The notes under the pieces are model-generated. The model was not told the DNA's origin, did not search any database, and saw nothing but the letters and a program-made list of their open reading frames with translations. A program made the position numbers and the translations under genes. A DNA stretch of 11,397 bases from Candidatus Thorarchaeota archaeon (GTDB lineage: Archaea > Asgardarchaeota > Thorarchaeia > Thorarchaeales > Thorarchaeaceae). The stretch lies in the NCBI GenBank assembly GCA_048884965.1, contig JBHLQH010000068.1:1-11397 (forward strand). Direction: 5' to 3'. This document shows, piece by piece, positions 5,953 to 11,397 of this stretch. Every line of letters starts with the position of its first letter. The stretch's first letter is position 1.

Positions 5953-6879
5953 ATGAAAATGAGGCTGCACACTGTCGACTTCACGGATTCTGCAGATGAG
6001 GAAACGTTCAAGGGATTCATCACTAACTTGGATCTCAGGCCACCAGTACTCATCAAACCCAACTGGGGATGCTCAGCTTTCTACACAGAGGCGGAGATCC
6101 TTGACTGGACGCTATCTGCAATCGATGGGGAGAAGATTGTCGTCGAGAGCTATGGGTGGGCACGAACGAAGGAGTTCATTGAAACTGGAAAGATGGGATC
6201 GAAGCAACGTAGCGACCTGCGAAAGAGTGACAAGTGGTTTCTTCAGCATTCGGGAATCGACAAGGTGCTAGAGAAGCACAACGTTGAGTTCCTCAACATC
6301 ACTGAAGAGATCTGGGGCAAGCGGATAGCTGACCCTCAAGAGGTCAAGAATCTTGTAGAGAAGGACTTTGAGACTGTGCAGTTCGAGAAGATGTATAGTG
6401 AAGTGCCACAACGTCTTTACGAATTAAGGGGAGGTACTCTCCTGAGCCTTGCAAAGCTACGACTTGGTGTTCCTCCGTACACAGTATCCCTTTCTGTGAA
6501 GAACCTCTTTGGAATGATTCCAGGACCAGGCAGATATGCACCGTATCATGGAAAGAAGGACTGCAATCTCGCCCAGAGTGTTCTAGACATCAATAAGATT
6601 TACCGTTCGCTCTTCGATGTCAAGGGAGTCATAGAGGGCGTATTCACCGCTGATGTCGTCAATGAGTTACCACGAACAGCCAAGCTGTATAGCAACCTCG
6701 GTGTGCTTTGGGCTTGTAAAGATACGATAGCGCTCGATGCCATTGTTGCGATGCAGTTCGGAAGGAACCCATCGGATATCGACTATCTCAGGCATCCAGC
6801 AGAAACCATCGGTAAGTGGAGCGACAAGGTCATCAAGTTGGGACAAGAACATTCCCTAGTTCATTTGATAGGAATGTAG
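5953..6879 (+). CDS. DUF362 domain-containing protein
   Basis: PVLIKPN near the N-terminus, IVVES, LLSLAKL...VSLSVKNLFGMIPG, VIEG and DTIALDAI match the DUF362 motif order. The start is likely ATG 5953 or 5959 rather than TTG 5917. Confidence 0.75.
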   Translation: MKMRLHTVDFTDSADEETFKGFITNLDLRPPVLIKPNWGCSAFYTEAEILDWTLSAIDGEKIVVESYGWARTKEFIETGKMGSKQRSDLRKSDKWFLQHSGIDKVLEKHNVEFLNITEEIWGKRIADPQEVKNLVEKDFETVQFEKMYSEVPQRLYELRGGTLLSLAKLRLGVPPYTVSLSVKNLFGMIPGPGRYAPYHGKKDCNLAQSVLDINKIYRSLFDVKGVIEGVFTADVVNELPRTAKLYSNLGVLWACKDTIALDAIVAMQFGRNPSDIDYLRHPAETIGKWSDKVIKLGQEHSLVHLIGM

Positions 6880-6884
6880 CAGGA

Positions 6885-7550
6885 CTATTCCACAAGCGTC
6901 AGCTCGATATAGATGGTCTGGCCTTGATGTTCGTAGAACCAAAGAGTATTCAGTGGCATTCCAGTTGGGAGTGATGAATCACCCCACCAGCCACCATTGT
7001 CATCATACGTTCCATACCAGAAATAATGCATTGTCAGGTACTCATCCTCAAGGACCGTTACATACTCCTCTGTACCTGAACCACCACCAAGCTCAGTATT
7101 AGGATACAGTCCTGCGATCGAACTCCAGTTACCAATAGGAAGGACACACCCTGATAGCCCCTCACATACAATGAGTTCCATGATGAGACTCAGGGAGGTG
7201 CCATTCGCAAAGGTGCAGTTCACTTTTGAGAACCGTATCACACGTTCAGCGAAGTATTGCTCAACCATGTGATCTAAAGGTGGCAAAGCTGTGATGGTTG
7301 CATTGATTATGGTACCATTCAGTCGGTGAATCTCTGATGATGCGTAAAGCCCTCCGTAGGTATTTCCTATCGTTCGTATATGATACTGAAAGATGTCGCC
7401 CACATCAACACCCCATTCCAAGCCTGTCATTGGCGTTAGAGGAGGAGGAAATAATGAGATAGGGACCATCGCTCCAATTATGATGATGGACACTGCAGCA
7501 ACTACTATCACGATAGAGTATCTTCTTTCCACAGTAGTACAAACTCCCAT
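6885..7550 (-). CDS. Hypothetical exported/membrane-anchored protein
   Basis: Basic residues followed by an N-terminal hydrophobic segment (RRYSIVIVVAAVSIIIIGAMVPISLF) and a Pro-rich linker. The soluble domain starts LEWGVDVGDIFQYHI and has several N-x-S/T sequons (NGT, NAT, NCT, NWS). Confidence 0.7.
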   Translation of the reverse strand: MGVCTTVERRYSIVIVVAAVSIIIIGAMVPISLFPPPLTPMTGLEWGVDVGDIFQYHIRTIGNTYGGLYASSEIHRLNGTIINATITALPPLDHMVEQYFAERVIRFSKVNCTFANGTSLSLIMELIVCEGLSGCVLPIGNWSSIAGLYPNTELGGGSGTEEYVTVLEDEYLTMHYFWYGTYDDNGGWWGDSSLPTGMPLNTLWFYEHQGQTIYIELTLVE

Positions 7551-7597
7551 CTTGTATGGGCTCTTGACACATTTATCATTTTAGAACAAAGAGAATC

Positions 7598-8770
7598 TCA
7601 TAATTTCTTTAGAGGGATGCTGAAAATGAAACATACACCCTTGGTATGGTCACCTTTGACACTATCTTCAATCCAAAGGTCGCCTCCATATCTATCAATG
7701 ATCCGTTTCACTAGGGTAAGGCCAATTCCTGTCACACGCTTGCTAGCATCGTGCTGCCCAGAGAGAATCGATTGCTTCCTTCTATCATCGATACCAGGAC
7801 CGGAATCCTTGATGATTAGGGTTAGAAAATGCTTCGAATCGTCTTTGACATGCACATCTATCTGCACAAAGTTAGAGGGGTCAAGTCGTACAGAATTGTG
7901 GAGAAGATTATAGAAGACATCGACGAGAAATTCGTCCGCATGAACTTGATACATGTTCTCACTGAAATCTTTCGTGATATGGATTTCTTTTTCAGGAAAG
8001 GTGTTCTTGATCATCTCTTCCGCAACAACTAGGGAGGAGTAGGGATCTAGAAAAATCAGATCGAGTGTTTCACCCTCTAGTGCTGCAAGTTTCTTGACAT
8101 AGCTTACCAATGCTGCACCGCGTTTGCTTTGCGAAAGTGCTGCGTGAACAAGATGATGGATTTCCTCATTGAGCAGACCTCCTTCTAACATTAGCTCCAT
8201 ACTTGACATAATCCCCTGCATCATGTTAGAGAGATCATGTGCCATCAAATCATTGTAGAATGCTGCAGTTTCGAGGGCTTCCTCCAGTGCCTTCTTCGCT
8301 TGCACTGTTTCTGTGATATCAAGCATGGAAATAATGACCATTTCGTAGGTGTTTCGGAATTCCTCGGGAACGGAGAGACCCATTAGGATGTGCCTTGGTT
8401 CGCCCTTAACTGTACTCAATGTTACAGTACACTCAAACTTGTGACCTCCATCAGCGATGGTCAATATCTCCCCCAGAAAAAGGTACAAAGCATCCTTGAC
8501 CAGTATCTTTCCTAGACTGCCAAGAAGCTCCTCTTCGGTTTTGACGCCTTGTAGGTCAAGCGTGGCTTTGTTCACACGGATGACTTTCACTAGATTTGCG
8601 CATTTCCAAATCTCATCAGGATCGTCTTCGAAATACTTGCGCAGGTCATCTATTCCCTGCGCCTTCAGACTGTCAATATACTTCTTGACATCAGAGAAGT
8701 CTTCCTCCCATAATGATACTGGAGAATCCTCAAAAAGTGTCAGATACCGACTCTCCACGTCTGGGCTCAT
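7598..8770 (-). CDS. Soluble PAS-domain sensor histidine kinase
   Basis: PAS (RYLTLFEDSPVSLWEEDFS...VNKATLDL...LDITE), H-box DLMAHDLSN, N-box DVFYNLLHNS, G1 DSGPGI and G2 GIGLTLVKRII. No TM segment. Confidence 0.92.
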   Translation of the reverse strand: MSPDVESRYLTLFEDSPVSLWEEDFSDVKKYIDSLKAQGIDDLRKYFEDDPDEIWKCANLVKVIRVNKATLDLQGVKTEEELLGSLGKILVKDALYLFLGEILTIADGGHKFECTVTLSTVKGEPRHILMGLSVPEEFRNTYEMVIISMLDITETVQAKKALEEALETAAFYNDLMAHDLSNMMQGIMSSMELMLEGGLLNEEIHHLVHAALSQSKRGAALVSYVKKLAALEGETLDLIFLDPYSSLVVAEEMIKNTFPEKEIHITKDFSENMYQVHADEFLVDVFYNLLHNSVRLDPSNFVQIDVHVKDDSKHFLTLIIKDSGPGIDDRRKQSILSGQHDASKRVTGIGLTLVKRIIDRYGGDLWIEDSVKGDHTKGVCFIFSIPLKKL

Positions 8771-8948
8771 TTTCTATGCCTCTATCTCTTCAACGTACTC
8801 TTTTGATTATAGCAGATATCGAGAAATACGTTGTGTTCAATATAAGGATGGCTCAGATGTCGATATAGAGATTTCATCTACATTTTTCTGCACCATGACA
8901 CAATGCTCAAATGGCATTGCACAAGTGAGTGTGGAAGATGGGATGCCT

Positions 8949-10472
8949 ATGCGTTTCGCAACTAAGGAAACTCTCACAGAGGAAGAGATTGAGCAGGGAC
9001 TCAACGCGGTCATCCGTGATGGAGTGACCTCCCAGATCAAGCTCACCCTGACAGAGAGCGTCTTCTTGGTTGCATTCGCACTGGCACTAGGAGCGTCAAA
9101 CTCAGTCATTGGTATCCTAGCAGCTATACCACCTCTCGCGCAGCTTCTTCAGCTACCCTCAATCTATCTTGTCGAGCGACTGCGACGGAGAAGAATGATT
9201 ACAGTCATTGCATCAGCGGCGAGTCGAAGCTCTATCTTCGTCATGGCACTGATCCCACTATTCATGCCAAATATAGAGGGACTCATCTTGCTCATTCTCT
9301 CAGTGATCACACATGCTGTGTTCAATGCCATGTCCACAACAGCGTGGAACTCATGGATGCGAGACCTGATTCCTGAGGAACGACTTGGGAGGTTCTTCTC
9401 GAAGAGATTGCTTGTCCAGACGTTCTTGGGAGTGATTGCAACACTAGCTACTGGATTCTTCCTTGAATGGTGGATAACGTCCATGATAGGTCAAGAGATC
9501 ATTGGGTATTCCTTCGTCTTCTTTGCAGGATTTATCGCTGGTATGATAGGGGTCTATATTATTTCCACAATACCTGAACCATCCATGCGACCTCTTGAAA
9601 CGTTTCCAAGCTTCTCAGAGCTCGTGAGAGCCCCTCTCAAGAATGAGAACTACAGGAACCTTATGTTCTTCTCAAGTACATGGAGTCTTGCGACTGCGCT
9701 TGTTGCACCGTTCTTTACTGTGTACCTACTCGTAAGACTTGGTTTCCCAATCTCGACGGTCACAGTACTCTCAGTAGTGACTCAGTTGACAAGCATAATG
9801 TTCTATAGATTGTGGGGAAGACTTTCCGATCGATTCAGCAACAAGGACGTTCTACAGGTTACTGCCCCAGTTTTCATCATTGGGATAATTCTGTGGATCT
9901 TTGCGGGGATGCCAATCCTGATCGGATTTATCCTTCCCCTTGTGATTCTTATCCACATCCTGCTAGGCTTCGGTGCGGCTGGCATCAATCTAGCTTCTGG
10001 CAACATGGCATTGAAGCTTGCACCAAAAGGGGAAGCGACTCCCTTCTTAGCCTCTTGGAGCTTTGTTAATTCCTTTGCTGCAGCTGTTGCTCCGTTCTTA
10101 GGAGGGGTGATAGCTGATCTGCTGGCTGGAACCCAGTTCATCATCTCTGCAGAGATAATCAGCGATGGAGCCCCTATACAGATACCAGTTATGATATTCA
10201 CGGGACTAGACTTCCTCTTCATCATATCCTTCTTAGTTGGCCTCTATGCTTTACATAGGCTCTCTATCGTGAGAGAAACTGGAGAGGTCGAAGAGAGTGT
10301 GATTATAGCAGCAGTGCTAGCAGAGGCGCGAAGAGGCTTTAGGAACTTGTCCACGGTGGATGGGCTCAGGAATACTTTCGCACCTCTATTTGGATTGTTG
10401 AACCAGCTTGCTTCGAACAACAAAAAGAACGATAAGAAAAAGCAGGATAGCACTTCAAATCAGGAATCCTGA
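8949..10472 (+). CDS. Major facilitator superfamily (MFS) transporter
   Basis: About 12 hydrophobic helices with MFS loop motifs (LVERLRRRR, WMRDLIPEERLGRFFS, WGRLSDRFSNK). The real start is probably ATG 8949 or 8943; the ORF-track extension to 8457 runs antisense into the kinase gene. Confidence 0.88.
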   Translation: MRFATKETLTEEEIEQGLNAVIRDGVTSQIKLTLTESVFLVAFALALGASNSVIGILAAIPPLAQLLQLPSIYLVERLRRRRMITVIASAASRSSIFVMALIPLFMPNIEGLILLILSVITHAVFNAMSTTAWNSWMRDLIPEERLGRFFSKRLLVQTFLGVIATLATGFFLEWWITSMIGQEIIGYSFVFFAGFIAGMIGVYIISTIPEPSMRPLETFPSFSELVRAPLKNENYRNLMFFSSTWSLATALVAPFFTVYLLVRLGFPISTVTVLSVVTQLTSIMFYRLWGRLSDRFSNKDVLQVTAPVFIIGIILWIFAGMPILIGFILPLVILIHILLGFGAAGINLASGNMALKLAPKGEATPFLASWSFVNSFAAAVAPFLGGVIADLLAGTQFIISAEIISDGAPIQIPVMIFTGLDFLFIISFLVGLYALHRLSIVRETGEVEESVIIAAVLAEARRGFRNLSTVDGLRNTFAPLFGLLNQLASNNKKNDKKKQDSTSNQES

Positions 10473-11380
10473 CCAAAATACAAAGTAAGATCAACCCAGT
10501 TTACACGTTGGAGAAAGCCCAATCTATTGTAGAATTCTCTGATGGGACCCTCAGTATCAGTGAAAAGCCATAGTTCCGTGACTGAGAGCTCATTCAGACG
10601 ATGCATAAGCTCATCTACAAGACTTCTTGCTACACCCCTTCGACGATGGTCCTTCACGACACCGAGACCATGTATCCACGCATGCCGTTCTTGTCCGGAT
10701 TGACCCTCAAAAGAGAATATCTCGCACATCGTAGTACCTACAATTGAGTCGTTGATAAGATAGGCCAATTGGAGGTTTGGATGAAACCCTTCCTCCTCTG
10801 AAACCCAGCTTTCAAGCTCACTCTCTTCAAGGGGTTGGGAGGGATCATCATGGAAAGCTTCTCGATTGGCTTTCACAAAATCGTGGATGGTAATACCCTC
10901 GGATAGGGAGCGAATCAGTGGAGTGTCTTGATAGGAGGAACTTGGAGTCTTCATAACCCTTCTTGAGATTAGGCTGTGTTCTTGCTCCAGCACAAATCCA
11001 GCTTCAATGAGAGACGACAGAACCTGTTGCTCAGAATCCCAAACCCATGTATTGAGAGAGATGGCATCTAGTTCCCTTGACTGAGATACAATATGATGAA
11101 GAAAGGTCTTCACAAGCGATAGGGAAGCATTGGAGCACGCAAAGTCCTTGAGAGTGAAGTTATGAGATTCAGAGTCTTTCTCAAGGACAGCGATTCCTAC
11201 TGGATACTGACCGGAGAATGCAATCATTGGTTGCATGTCTGGTGTGGAAATCAATTGAAGGACATCTGATCTCGTGATCGACTTTGGCCACGGATATTGA
11301 CCATATGTCGCCTGATGAATCCTCAACCACATGTCAACGTGATCCAAATCCAATGGATTCACAGTCAATTCTTGATCCAT
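10460..11380 (-). CDS. Tandem GNAT-family N-acetyltransferase (MshD-like two-domain architecture)
   Basis: C-terminal acetyl-CoA motif IHGLGVVKDHRRRGVARSL...FYNRLGF. A degenerate N-terminal GNAT repeat ends in LIEAGF. The gene overlaps the convergent MFS gene by 13 nt. Confidence 0.85.
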   Translation of the reverse strand: MDQELTVNPLDLDHVDMWLRIHQATYGQYPWPKSITRSDVLQLISTPDMQPMIAFSGQYPVGIAVLEKDSESHNFTLKDFACSNASLSLVKTFLHHIVSQSRELDAISLNTWVWDSEQQVLSSLIEAGFVLEQEHSLISRRVMKTPSSSYQDTPLIRSLSEGITIHDFVKANREAFHDDPSQPLEESELESWVSEEEGFHPNLQLAYLINDSIVGTTMCEIFSFEGQSGQERHAWIHGLGVVKDHRRRGVARSLVDELMHRLNELSVTELWLFTDTEGPIREFYNRLGFLQRVNWVDLTLYFGQDS

Positions 11381-11397
11381 CTAGGTCTCATCCTTTC

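Noticed and set aside
8457-8942. N-terminal 162-codon extension of the MFS ORF
   Set aside because: It is antisense to the histidine kinase and crosses the intergenic region. It is Ser/Arg-rich non-coding-like sequence, and MFS-like sequence begins at 8943/8949.
54-10453. Remaining short antisense/overlapping ORFs (e.g. 54-416, 260-607, 804-1235, 4808-5272, 5375-5842, 9803-10225)
   Set aside because: All overlap better-supported genes, mostly antisense to hydrophobic membrane-protein genes, and lack motifs.
10460-11380. Mycothiol synthase (mshD) assignment
   Set aside because: Only the generic tandem-GNAT architecture is shared. There are no mycothiol pathway genes nearby and the substrate cannot be inferred.

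Overview
An 11.4-kb gene-dense window of probable archaeal origin. TATA boxes sit about 25-30 nt from start codons, and the protein families look Asgard/Thorarchaeota-like (inference only). The main feature is a tightly coupled three-gene minus-strand operon at 268-2733. It encodes (1) a Cys-rich ArsR/SmtB metal(loid)-sensing repressor, (2) a 570-aa fusion of a class I SAM-dependent methyltransferase to a complete HgcA-like corrinoid/transmembrane protein with a variant cap-helix motif (NVWCAARG), and (3) a separate HgcB-like 2x[4Fe-4S] ferredoxin with a long Cys-rich tail ending in CCG. This looks like a self-contained, metal(loid)-regulated SAM -> cobalamin -> substrate methylation system. 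It is related to canonical HgcAB mercury methylation but distinct from it, and its substrate is unknown. Just upstream of the operon promoter is a 72-nt element that can fold into two mutually exclusive long hairpins. The rest of the window is ordinary accessory content: a CPBP intramembrane protease, MscS, a membrane protein, a DUF362 protein, a membrane-anchored exported protein, an orphan PAS histidine kinase, an MFS transporter and a tandem GNAT acetyltransferase. I found no RNA genes, mobile elements or CRISPR arrays.
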